A stretch of DNA of 64,000 nucleotides from Patescibacteria group bacterium (GTDB lineage: Bacteria > Patescibacteriota > Doudnabacteria > UBA920), in NCBI GenBank assembly GCA_023484515.1, contig JAMDAY010000028.1, forward strand, positions 2,544-66,543, in the 5' to 3' direction. A program made the translations under genes and the position numbers. Under the pieces are notes generated by a model that saw only the letters and a list, made by a program, of their open reading frames with translations, was not told where the DNA came from and made no database searches. Shown here one piece after another: positions 1 to 9,147 of this stretch (its first letter is position 1; every line of letters starts with the position of its first letter).

Positions 1-2118
1 TTCAATTTTAAAACAAGGGTTTTAGACCTGCTGATTAACCAGGAGGACGCGGCCAGGAAATCTTACATGCTGTCTGAGATTAAAATTGACGTGCCTATAG
101 AAATACATTTGCCCAAATACCAATTTGCCAAGGAAAATTTTGAAACTGCCTTTAAACTGTTCCAGGATTTGGAATTTAAAAGCTTAATTTCCAAATTGCC
201 CAAGACATATGGTTCTACCATTACGCCGGAAAGATTTATCATCGCCGGCGCTGACACCCTCTCTGCCTCGTCTGACTCGGCATCTCCCCCAGAGGGGGAG
301 AAAAATAATGTGCTTCGCGCTATTGGCGAACAAAAATATCAATTAGTGGACACTTTGGAAATGCTGGAAAAAGCCGTCAAGGATTTATCCAGGCAAAACG
401 AATTGTCGGTTGACACGGAAAGCAACAGCTTAAGCGCCGTAGAAGCGGACCTGGTAGGCTTGGGCTTGTGCTGCAACCAAGGCAGTGCGTTTTACATACC
501 CGCCCAAATAGTAAAGCAGAGCGGTCTGATAAAGAAATTATTGGAAAGCGACGTTAAGAAAATCGGGCATAATTTAAAATACGATCTGTTAGTTCTGCAA
601 AATGCCGGCATTAACCTGAAAAATTTGTCGTTTGACACCATGATCGCGTCTTATTTGCTCAATCCCGGCACCAGGCAGCACAACTTGTCGTCCCTGGCTT
701 TTTCCGAGCTTGGCTACCATATGCAGCCCATAGAAGAGCTGATCGGCAAGGGCAAAAAACAGATTACCATGGACCGGGTGGACGTGGAAAAAGTTTCGCG
801 CTATTGCTGCGAGGACGTGGATATGGCCATAAGGCTAAAAACCTTGTACGCGCCGCAGTTAAGGCGGGAAAAATTGGACAAGATTTTTTACGACATAGAA
901 ATGCCTTTGGTGGAAGTTTTGGCGGCCATGGAACGGCAGGGGATTCTACTGGATTCGGGGCTCTTGAACCGGCTGGCCGGCGAGGCGGAAGTGGAAATTA
1001 AGCAGTTGGAAACTGAAATCCACAAGCTTACCGGCGAAGAATTTAACGTTAATTCACCCAAGCAGCTTAAGGAAGTCCTGTTTGACAAGCTCGGGCTGGT
1101 GCCGGTGGACAACAAGAAAACCAAGACCGGCTTGTCCACCGCAGCCGGGGAACTGGAAAAGATGCTCGGCCAGCATCCGGTTATTGAAAAATTGCTGGAA
1201 TATCGCGAACTGGCAAAGCTATATTCCACTTATTTGCTTGCCTTGCCTGCCTTGGTTTCCAAAAAAACTGCAAGGCTGCATACCAGTTTTAACCAAACCG
1301 TCACTGCCACGGGCAGGCTGTCTTCCAGCGACCCGAATTTGCAGAATATTCCGGTGCGCGGGGCGGGTTTGGGCAGTAAAATCCGGCAGGGCTTTGTGGC
1401 CGAACATGGCTACAAGCTTTTGTCTTTGGATTATTCACAAATAGAACTGCGCATTGTGGCGCACTTGGCCCAGGACCAAAAAATGTTGGAAGTGTTCAAG
1501 CGGGGGGAAGACATCCATACCATGACGGCCATGGAAATTTTTGGCGTGCCAAAGGAGCAGGTGACCAAGGACATGCGGCGGGACGCCAAAACCATTAACT
1601 TCGGAATCCTTTACGGGCTGTCGTCTTTTGGGCTGTCGTCGCGCATTGGCCAGGTGTCGCGCGCGGAAGCCAAGGAATTCATAGGCAAATATTTTGCGGC
1701 GTATCCGCGCATTCAGGATTACATAGACAACATTGTCAAAATTGCGCACGACCAGGGTTTTGTGGCAAACGAGCTCGGGCGTATTAGGCGCTTTCCGGAA
1801 ATTTACGCGCGGCAATGGGCCGTGCGCGCCGCGGCCGAGCGGGCCGCCATAAATTTTCCCATCCAGTCATTGGCCGCCGACGTGATTAAGGTGGCCATGA
1901 TAAATATCTACAAAGAACTGAAAGGCAAGGAACAGGAAATAAGGATGCTGCTGCAAGTGCATGACGAACTGGTGTTTGAGGTCAGGGAGGGGAAAGAGCG
2001 GGAATGGGCAAAAATACTTATACCCATGATGGAAGGCGCCATTAAGCTGTCCGTCCCCGTGCGCGTGGAAGGCAAGGTGGGGAAAAATTGGGGGGAGATG
2101 GAAAAAATAGAATTATGA
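1..2118 (+). CDS. polA: DNA polymerase I, 5'-truncated at the window edge (3'-5' exo-like domain plus polymerase domain)
   Basis: The frame is open from nt 1. Exo I-like DTES is present. Pol A motifs DYSQIELR, RRDAKTINFGILYG and QVHDELVFE are present. Confidence 0.9.
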   Translation, partial: FNFKTRVLDLLINQEDAARKSYMLSEIKIDVPIEIHLPKYQFAKENFETAFKLFQDLEFKSLISKLPKTYGSTITPERFIIAGADTLSASSDSASPPEGEKNNVLRAIGEQKYQLVDTLEMLEKAVKDLSRQNELSVDTESNSLSAVEADLVGLGLCCNQGSAFYIPAQIVKQSGLIKKLLESDVKKIGHNLKYDLLVLQNAGINLKNLSFDTMIASYLLNPGTRQHNLSSLAFSELGYHMQPIEELIGKGKKQITMDRVDVEKVSRYCCEDVDMAIRLKTLYAPQLRREKLDKIFYDIEMPLVEVLAAMERQGILLDSGLLNRLAGEAEVEIKQLETEIHKLTGEEFNVNSPKQLKEVLFDKLGLVPVDNKKTKTGLSTAAGELEKMLGQHPVIEKLLEYRELAKLYSTYLLALPALVSKKTARLHTSFNQTVTATGRLSSSDPNLQNIPVRGAGLGSKIRQGFVAEHGYKLLSLDYSQIELRIVAHLAQDQKMLEVFKRGEDIHTMTAMEIFGVPKEQVTKDMRRDAKTINFGILYGLSSFGLSSRIGQVSRAEAKEFIGKYFAAYPRIQDYIDNIVKIAHDQGFVANELGRIRRFPEIYARQWAVRAAAERAAINFPIQSLAADVIKVAMINIYKELKGKEQEIRMLLQVHDELVFEVREGKEREWAKILIPMMEGAIKLSVPVRVEGKVGKNWGEMEKIEL

Positions 2119-2257
2119 ATTAAGAATTAGGAATTATGGAAAACTGCTTGCACCTGATTCCCATCAACCAAGGTAATGAACTTGATCCTCATCGCGCAAA
2201 ACATGCGGAATCTGAAGAGTTGGAGGTTATGGCGGGAAGAATTAAGAAAGAAATTAA

Positions 2258-2920
2258 ATGAAAATTTTGGAAATTTACCGAAAATACCAAATAATGCCGC
2301 AGCAGGCGGAACATCAGTTTAGGGTGGCTGCGGTTGCGGATTATATAGTAAAAAATATTGCCCGTTCCGTGCCTGTTGCTTTGGATAGCGAGGCAATTAT
2401 AAAAGCCTGCCTGCTGCATGACATGGGCAATCTGGTAAAATTTGATTTTAACTACACCAGGGAAAAATTTTTGGGATTGATTGACGTTAAGACTTTGCCC
2501 TATTGGGAACAAACGCAGCGGGAATTCCGGAAAAAATACGGGACAAACAGCCACCAGGCGACCATGAAAATAATTGAAGACCTGGGCATAGGCGGCCGGG
2601 TAAAGGAGCTGGTAAATTGCATTGGTTTTACTACCGGCAAGGCCAATGCCGAAAGCGGGGATTTTGGCAAGAAAATTTGCGCTTACAGCGACATGCGCGT
2701 GGAACCGCACGGGGTGGTATCTTTGGAAGAAAGGTTTAGGGGCTTGCGTGAGCGCTACCGGAACCACCCTACGGACACGGGAAGCAAAAGGGAAGAATTT
2801 GAACAGGCCTTGCGGGAAATTGAAAAGCAAATTTTTAACCAAGCCGAGATTAAGCCGGAGCAGGTTAAAAACCAGGCAATTGCCCCGCTTGCGGAAAAAC
2901 TAAGGGATTTTGAAATTTAA
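2258..2920 (+). CDS. HD-domain metal-dependent phosphohydrolase-like protein
   Basis: CLLHDMGN HD signature in the first third of the protein. Clean 220-aa ORF. Confidence 0.45.
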   Translation: MKILEIYRKYQIMPQQAEHQFRVAAVADYIVKNIARSVPVALDSEAIIKACLLHDMGNLVKFDFNYTREKFLGLIDVKTLPYWEQTQREFRKKYGTNSHQATMKIIEDLGIGGRVKELVNCIGFTTGKANAESGDFGKKICAYSDMRVEPHGVVSLEERFRGLRERYRNHPTDTGSKREEFEQALREIEKQIFNQAEIKPEQVKNQAIAPLAEKLRDFEI

Positions 2921-2981
2921 CTGAACAAATTTTAAATTTTCTGCTATCATAATAACAGAACAAATACAGTAAAAAATACAT

Positions 2982-3593
2982 ATGGCTTTATCTTTATACC
3001 ATCAACAATATGCCGCGCTTTCGGACGAGGAAATCCAGAAAAAATTGCAGCTTAAGGACATGGAGTTAAGGCAGGTTTTTTCCCAGATTTCCGTAAATTT
3101 TACCAATTCGCCCGTTACCGTGGCAGTATTCGGCTGCGGCGATCGGAGGCTTATTGCCGGGCATGAGGAAATTTTTGAAAAAATTTTGGGGCGGTCGGTG
3201 GAAATTACCACTTTTGACGTTACCACCGAACATTTACAAGGGGAAAAGAATATTGTCCAGCACGATTGCACCGAGCCTTTGTCCGAAGGCACGTTTAACA
3301 TAGTTTTTGCCCATTCCATGCTGAAGTTTGTGGAAGTGGAAAAGCAGTGGCGCATTATCCAAAATTCCTTCCAGGTGCTTACCGAAGGCGGGGTAGCCAT
3401 ACATATTTTGGACGACCGCGACCGCGCCGGGTCGGGCCAGGCCGGAGCGGATTATTTTTCCGTGCCCTGGGGCAGGTGGAAAGTAAATTTAATGACCGCC
3501 CAAATCCCTTTTTTAGACATACCTTTCCAGCCTGTGGAGGGGGTGGATTACGAAATTCCGGCCTCGGCCCTGGTATTGTTAAAGCAGATATAG
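2982..3593 (+). CDS. hypothetical protein (weak Rossmann/methyltransferase-like pattern VAVFGCGD)
   Basis: 203-aa ORF in the coding-dense polA-proximal block. No firm motif. Confidence 0.3.
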   Translation: MALSLYHQQYAALSDEEIQKKLQLKDMELRQVFSQISVNFTNSPVTVAVFGCGDRRLIAGHEEIFEKILGRSVEITTFDVTTEHLQGEKNIVQHDCTEPLSEGTFNIVFAHSMLKFVEVEKQWRIIQNSFQVLTEGGVAIHILDDRDRAGSGQAGADYFSVPWGRWKVNLMTAQIPFLDIPFQPVEGVDYEIPASALVLLKQI

Positions 3594-3638
3594 TAGTACT
3601 GCCCAGCGGGCATTAAAACAGCTTTATTTGCCAATCAT

Positions 3639-4652
3639 ATGAGCCAAGGAGAGCCTAAGGAAAAATTTCGGGGGGAAATAGTTATTTATCGCGACCAGGG
3701 CGGGCCGGAAATATCCATTAAGTTCCAGAATGGCGACCTTTGGGCCACGCAAAAAGAAATTGCCCAGCTTTTTGGCGTGCAGCGCGCGGCCATTACCAAA
3801 CATTTAAGCAATATCTTTAAGAGCGCGGAATTAAGCGAAAAAACAGTATGTTCCATTTTGGAACGGACTGCCGCTGACCTTAAAACTTACCAGACGAAGT
3901 ATTACAGCTTAGACGCGGTTATAGCCGTGGGCTACCGCGTCAATTCCAAAAAGGCTACTTTATTCCGCATTTGGGCAACGCAAAAATTAAAGGAATTGTT
4001 GTTAACGGGATATGCGCTGCAGGAACAGGCGTTAAAGGAGCAGCATAACCAAAAACTGGCGGAATTGCAGCAGGCTGTCCGGTTATTCCAGAATGTGATA
4101 GAAGCCAGGCGGGAAACGGGTTACGAAAAGGATCTGTTGAAATTAATTACGGACTACGCCAGTACCTGGGCTATCTTAAACGCCTTTGACCGGGGAACTT
4201 TGGAGGTGGGGGAAGTAAGCCACAGGGTTGCCCGCAGCCTGGAATTGGAAGAGGTAAGAAAAATTATCGGCAAGTTTAAAGCCAGGCTGGCCGGCAAAGG
4301 GCAGGCCGGTAATTTGTTCGGCAAAGAGAGTGGTGAAAGGCTGGCCGCCTTGCTGGCCGGCGTTTCCCAAACATACGGCGGGAAAGAATTGTACCCTTCC
4401 TTGGAAGAGAAAGCCGCGCATTTGCTGTATTTTACCATTAAGGACCATCCTTTTGCGGACGGCAACAAGCGCATCGGTTCCCTGCTGTTTTTGTTGTTCT
4501 TAATAGAAAACCACAGCCTTTACAATAGGAAGGGCGAACGCAAATTGAACGACAATGCCCTGGCTGCCCTGGCTTTGCTGGTTGCGGAAAGCAGACCGGA
4601 ACAAAAAAACGCGATGGTTAAGCTAGTTGCCAATTTAATTAGTAAAAAGTAG
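3639..4652 (+). CDS. Fic/Doc family protein with RhuM-like N-terminal domain
   Basis: N-terminus KEIAQLFGVQRAAITKHLSNIF resembles RhuM. C-terminus HPFADGNKRIG matches the Doc-type Fic motif HxFx(D/N)GNKR. Confidence 0.65.
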   Translation: MSQGEPKEKFRGEIVIYRDQGGPEISIKFQNGDLWATQKEIAQLFGVQRAAITKHLSNIFKSAELSEKTVCSILERTAADLKTYQTKYYSLDAVIAVGYRVNSKKATLFRIWATQKLKELLLTGYALQEQALKEQHNQKLAELQQAVRLFQNVIEARRETGYEKDLLKLITDYASTWAILNAFDRGTLEVGEVSHRVARSLELEEVRKIIGKFKARLAGKGQAGNLFGKESGERLAALLAGVSQTYGGKELYPSLEEKAAHLLYFTIKDHPFADGNKRIGSLLFLLFLIENHSLYNRKGERKLNDNALAALALLVAESRPEQKNAMVKLVANLISKK

Positions 4653-5131
4653 GGATTTTCGCTATAAATTAAAAATATTTTTTTCAAAATGCAGTGAAAA
4701 TTTGCATTGGCGGCGCATTCTAAAATAATTCTGGGGATAAGTTCAGCCAAAGAGAGTCAAATTAAAAAAAATCCTGATAATCATCGCTTAATTGGAAGCG
4801 GGCAAACTATTTGCCCGTTTGATATTTTAAAAATATAATAACTATAGTGTTAACACGGAAAAAGTTTAAACAAAACTTGGGGAACAAACACAAAATGCGG
4901 CCTCGCTTTTTCTTTTCGGTAAATGGGGAGAAAAGGCGAGGCTGGCAAAATATATCCGGCCGGCCGGATTTTATTTTTGAAATAACCGCGCCTTTTGGGC
5001 GTCTGCTTAAAAAGCATGTTGAAAATTATTTTTAAAAAAATTGAACTGGCGCTCTCCTGGCTAATTCATGTCCTGGCCGGATTGTTTTTATAGGCTGCAG
5101 CCAGGGTGAATATCCTCAAATATTAATTTTC

Positions 5132-5162
5132 CGCCTTAAGGCGGATTTTATTTTATGTATAT
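5132..5162 (+). terminator. hairpin ccgccttaaggcgg followed by a T-run, in the long AT-rich leader upstream of the repeat protein
   Basis: Perfect 5-bp GC stem with tetraloop, followed by attttatttt. No annotated gene ends here, so it may belong to a small RNA. Confidence 0.3.
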
Positions 5163-5344
5163 AACTTTGCGGACCGTGAGAAAAAGGGCAGTCTTGGTTT
5201 TGTCCTGGCTGGTTCATAGCATAGGGAAAATATTGGTAAAAAAATAACCGGTGCTTTTTAAGTTTAAAGGATGTTGTTAGTCTTATAATTTGGCAGTTTT
5301 ACCTTAAGGGGCAATATTTTTGGGGAGAAAGCAAAACAGCTTAT

Positions 5345-8300
5345 ATGAAAACAACAATTTTAAAATTAGGGCGTATTTCTGGGATAACTTTAGTGGCAGT
5401 TTTGCTCGCGTGGCCTTTTGGTTTTGTTAAGGCGGACGGGCCTTATTTGACCTTAAGCTCTTTCAGCGGAACGCCCCAAACCATACAGGCCAGCGGCGGC
5501 GGCTGGACTCCCGGCGAAACCATTTCCATTTATTTGGGCAGCGCTGTCGGTTCTCCGGTCGCGACCGCTAAGGCGGGGGCGGATTCATTTTTCGGTCCCG
5601 TGGGCATAACCATTCCGGCCAATACCCCCCAGGGAGCTTTGCCTATAATCGGGGTTGGTTCAAGCGGCGGACAAACGGCGTCTAATAGTTTTTATGTAAC
5701 CAATTTTTATCCGGGCATTAATATTATATCTTCCAATAATACGCCTGGAAGTTCGGTAACGGTTGATGGCAGCGGTTTTGCGCCGGCAGAAACGGTAACT
5801 TTTACCCTGGGCGGCCAAACCGTAGGCACAATTTCCGCAGGCGATAGCGGCAGTTTTACGGGATTTTCATTTATTGTGCCGAACCTGGCGCCGGACACTT
5901 ACCAGCTTCATGCAATTGGCAGCCTTTCCGGGGCGGAAGCGATTGCCTATTTTTATATTGGCGGATTTTATCCCAGCGCCGCGCCCTCCGTTTATTATTT
6001 AATGCCAGGCGGGACGTTGAGTTTTTCCGGCAACAATTTTTCTCCCAACGAGACAGTTGACGTGTCGGCGGGGAATAATCCCGATCCGGTCAGCACGATT
6101 ATAGTTTCCTCGGCTGGAGATTTTGCCAATGCCGGATCTTACGAAATTCCGGCAAGCGCTATTGGCGGCATTATGACTTTCCATCTAAAAAGTTCAAAAA
6201 CCGGAACCGACATTCCAATAATGGTTACCATTGGCCAATTTAACGCTTTGGTTTCGCCGGATAATTATTTTTTGGTTCCCGGCCAGGCCATAAAATTTTA
6301 CGGACAGGGTTTCGCGCCGAATGAAAAGGTGGATGTTTTCCAAAACCAGGACAGCGCGGCGGTTGCGGTAATTGCCGCTGACAAGGGCGGCGGCTTTGCG
6401 GACGCGGGCAATTTAATAATTCCGTTCTCGGACGCGGGCAGGGATGTTACTTTTCGCTTTGTGGGCCAGCAAAGCAATACCGCTTCGGCGTTTACGGTTT
6501 CCGTGGGCTCTTTTAACCCCCAAATTACCCCTTCGGAATATTATCTGATTCCGGGCAAGAGCTTTACTGTTTGGGGAACGGGATTTGCGCCGGAAGAAGA
6601 GGTGTCGGTCCAGGCGGGAGGGGAGTCGGATGTAGTGGTAACGGACAAATACGGGGTGTTTCAGACTTCGGGCCCGTTTGCCGCGCCTTATTCCGGCAGT
6701 GACAATATCCGGGTCAAGGCTGCCGGTTTAAACAGCGGCGTTTCCGCGGATTTGGACATTGGGATAGGCGGATTGTATCCCAACATTGTCCCGGACAATT
6801 ATTATATATTGTCAGGCGGGAAAATTAACTTTAGCGGTTACGGATTTGCTCCCAATGAAAATGTTACCATGTCTGACGGCCAAGACGCACTTGCCGTTAT
6901 TCCGACTGATGAATACGGCAATTTTACGGGACAGGCCGTAACCGCGCCTTTTGGGCCTGACCGTAACGTTACTTATAAATTTACGGGGGACAAAAGCGGG
7001 GCCAGCGCCGGCGCAGACATTGCCATTGCCGCCTTGCGCCCTTTGGTATCTTTGGATAGCTATTATGCCACGCCGGGTTCCACTATATACGTTTGGGGCA
7101 TAAATTTTTCTCCCGGAGAAACCGTTACCGTTACGGCCGGGTCTTCCACTGCCGCGTCCTTAGTGGACAAAAACGGCGTTGCCAGCACCACGCCCATTGT
7201 TTTGCCGTTTAATAATTCTTCCAATACCTTAGATGTGGTAATGACCGGCAACACCAGCAAGGCCAGCGGTTTTGCCGCTTTGTCCTTAGCCCCTTTCCTG
7301 GCCCAAGTTTACCCCAGCACTTATTACACCGCGCCGGGAACCGTTATAACTTTCAGCGGTTCCGGTTATGCAAAAAACGAAAAAGTCAACGTAAATTTTA
7401 ACAACAGCCCTTTGGGTTTTGTAAACGCTGACGCAAATGGCGGCTTTAATACCACCAAAATTACCATTCCCGTAACAGCTTCGGGCAGCGCCAATTTTGC
7501 GTTTGTGGGCGCGCAAAGCAACGCGTCGTCTTCGGTTGACATTGCCCTGGCGCCGTTTATGCCGCAGGTTTCACCCAGCGCGTATTACACGGTTCCCGGA
7601 ACGCCCGTAACGTTCACGGGCAGCGGGTTTGCTCCCGGCGAAGAGGTGAAGATATTTTTGAACAATTCTCCGGCAGCCGCCGTGACTGCGGATGCGGAAG
7701 GAAATATTGCGTCCGGCCCCGTTACTATTCCGTTTACCGCCGCTACCGCTAATTTCACGTTTAGCAGCTCGGTGACAAATTATAATACTGTATTAGATAT
7801 TGGAGTGGGTCAGTTGAATCCGGGTATTGTGTTAAGCGGTTATTATGGTTTTGGCGGGCAGCCGTTAAGCATTAACGGCCAGGGATTCGGCGGCAATGAA
7901 AAAGTGGACATAACTTTTGCGGGCGAGGCTTTGGGTAGCGCAAACACGGACGCGGCCGGGAACTTTACACTGAATACCGCTGTCCCTTATGCGGCAGCCG
8001 GGGACAAGGCGGTTAAAGCGATAGGGGAAAGCAGCGGGGCGCAAGCAAGCGCGACTTTTACCGAGCCGCAGGCTTACGTTAACGTCCAGCTCGGCTCCTA
8101 TGCCGGGGCGCCGGGCAGCGCGATAAATTTTATCGGTTCGGGATTCCTGCCTAACGAACCGGTGGAAATTACCACGGACCGGACAGGCAGCGCCGCTGTC
8201 CATACCATTGTAGCCGATGCCAAAGGCAGCTTTAACGACAGCGGCTATGTTGTCCCGCCTAATTTTGCCGAGGGAAATTTAAACCTGGCCATAACCGGCA

Positions 8301-8350
8301 CTTACAGCAAGTCTGTAACCGATATTGTTTATTACGTGGCCGGGAAGTAG
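5345..8350 (+). CDS. secreted repeat protein with about ten ~95-aa Ig-like repeats
   Basis: N-terminal signal peptide MKTTILKLGRISGITLVAVLLAWPFGFVKA. The unit YPxxxPxxYYxxPG...GxGFAPNExVxV recurs about 10 times. Confidence 0.7.
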   Translation: MKTTILKLGRISGITLVAVLLAWPFGFVKADGPYLTLSSFSGTPQTIQASGGGWTPGETISIYLGSAVGSPVATAKAGADSFFGPVGITIPANTPQGALPIIGVGSSGGQTASNSFYVTNFYPGINIISSNNTPGSSVTVDGSGFAPAETVTFTLGGQTVGTISAGDSGSFTGFSFIVPNLAPDTYQLHAIGSLSGAEAIAYFYIGGFYPSAAPSVYYLMPGGTLSFSGNNFSPNETVDVSAGNNPDPVSTIIVSSAGDFANAGSYEIPASAIGGIMTFHLKSSKTGTDIPIMVTIGQFNALVSPDNYFLVPGQAIKFYGQGFAPNEKVDVFQNQDSAAVAVIAADKGGGFADAGNLIIPFSDAGRDVTFRFVGQQSNTASAFTVSVGSFNPQITPSEYYLIPGKSFTVWGTGFAPEEEVSVQAGGESDVVVTDKYGVFQTSGPFAAPYSGSDNIRVKAAGLNSGVSADLDIGIGGLYPNIVPDNYYILSGGKINFSGYGFAPNENVTMSDGQDALAVIPTDEYGNFTGQAVTAPFGPDRNVTYKFTGDKSGASAGADIAIAALRPLVSLDSYYATPGSTIYVWGINFSPGETVTVTAGSSTAASLVDKNGVASTTPIVLPFNNSSNTLDVVMTGNTSKASGFAALSLAPFLAQVYPSTYYTAPGTVITFSGSGYAKNEKVNVNFNNSPLGFVNADANGGFNTTKITIPVTASGSANFAFVGAQSNASSSVDIALAPFMPQVSPSAYYTVPGTPVTFTGSGFAPGEEVKIFLNNSPAAAVTADAEGNIASGPVTIPFTAATANFTFSSSVTNYNTVLDIGVGQLNPGIVLSGYYGFGGQPLSINGQGFGGNEKVDITFAGEALGSANTDAAGNFTLNTAVPYAAAGDKAVKAIGESSGAQASATFTEPQAYVNVQLGSYAGAPGSAINFIGSGFLPNEPVEITTDRTGSAAVHTIVADAKGSFNDSGYVVPPNFAEGNLNLAITGTYSKSVTDIVYYVAGK

Positions 8351-8418
8351 CGCAATTGCCATCCTGTTTATGCGGGCAAAGATAAAAAAGTAAGCTGAAT
8401 AATTAAGCGCTTAAAACT

Positions 8419-8559
8419 ATGCTGGTAACTTTGGCAATCATATTTCTTATAATTTGGGTTCTGGGAATGTTTCTGCATTTTCTTGGAGGGTTAATTTATA
8501 TTTTTTTGGTTTTGGCCATAATATTTGCCATAATCCATTTTATCCGCCGCGCGGTATAG
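8419..8559 (+). CDS. small membrane protein, lmo0937-like (46 aa, not in the supplied ORF track)
   Basis: MLVTLAIIFLIIWVLGMFLHFLGGLIYIFLVLAIIFAIIHFIRRAV resembles the ~46-aa lmo0937 family. TAG stop at 8557-8559. Confidence 0.5.
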   Translation: MLVTLAIIFLIIWVLGMFLHFLGGLIYIFLVLAIIFAIIHFIRRAV

Positions 8560-8583
8560 GGCCTGCAGAATAAATTAAATTTT

Positions 8584-8617
8584 AACAGCCGTTTATGTTT
8601 ACGCATAAACGGCTGTT
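8584..8617. terminator. perfect 14-bp hairpin aacagccgtttatg/cataaacggctgtt
   Basis: Inverted repeat read directly from the sequence. It follows the small membrane gene. Flanks are A/T-rich. Confidence 0.45.
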
Positions 8618-8762
8618 AAAATTTGACAATAAGAATTTGCCAGTATATTCTTAAGGCAAGAATATCTCTTAATTAAGAAACAAAACCCAGCAGAGCTTCC
8701 TAGAAGGCCTCCGGTCCGGCGGCTAAAGAAAGCAAAACTGGGCATATTTTTTCTTAAAAAAT

Positions 8763-9146
8763 TTGGAAAAATTAACCGAGAAACCCAAACCAATGACCAA
8801 ACCTCAAAAAATCTGGCTGTCAGTATTTTTAGCAATGTTCCTAATTCCTGAACTATTATGGAGCCCGATAGGGAATTTTGCGTATGAATGGTTCCAAAAT
8901 ACAAACTCAGTCGTTCCTTTAAGAAATAACTTTTTAATGGATCTTAACAATATTAACTGGTTTAGCAGCGTAGTTTTTATCCAAATGGCGGGATTGCTAT
9001 TGCTGGTTGTGTATTTATTAATAATTAATAAAAATATTAAAAACAAATTGGCTTTATGGTCTGGCATAGTTTTGTCTTTTATATTGCTGGTTGCAGCGTT
9101 TTTTACTTTTGGCCTTTCGGTTTCCCTAAGGCATATAGGGTTTTAA
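8763..9146 (+). CDS. small integral membrane protein
   Basis: Three predicted hydrophobic helices. Its stop overlaps the start of the downstream hydrolase gene, suggesting an operon. Confidence 0.5.
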   Translation: MEKLTEKPKPMTKPQKIWLSVFLAMFLIPELLWSPIGNFAYEWFQNTNSVVPLRNNFLMDLNNINWFSSVVFIQMAGLLLLVVYLLIINKNIKNKLALWSGIVLSFILLVAAFFTFGLSVSLRHIGF

Positions 9147-9147
9147 T

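Noticed and set aside
2189-2842. 217-aa minus-strand ORF antisense to the HD-domain gene
   Set aside because: It is low-complexity and Phe/Pro-rich with no motif. The sense ORF carries the HD signature.
4847-5035. 62-aa ORF in the long AT-rich leader upstream of the repeat-protein gene
   Set aside because: There is no RBS or motif. The region contains an imperfect hairpin (gcctcgcttttt...aaaaggcgaggc) and a terminator-like stem, so it is more likely regulatory RNA than protein, but neither could be confirmed.
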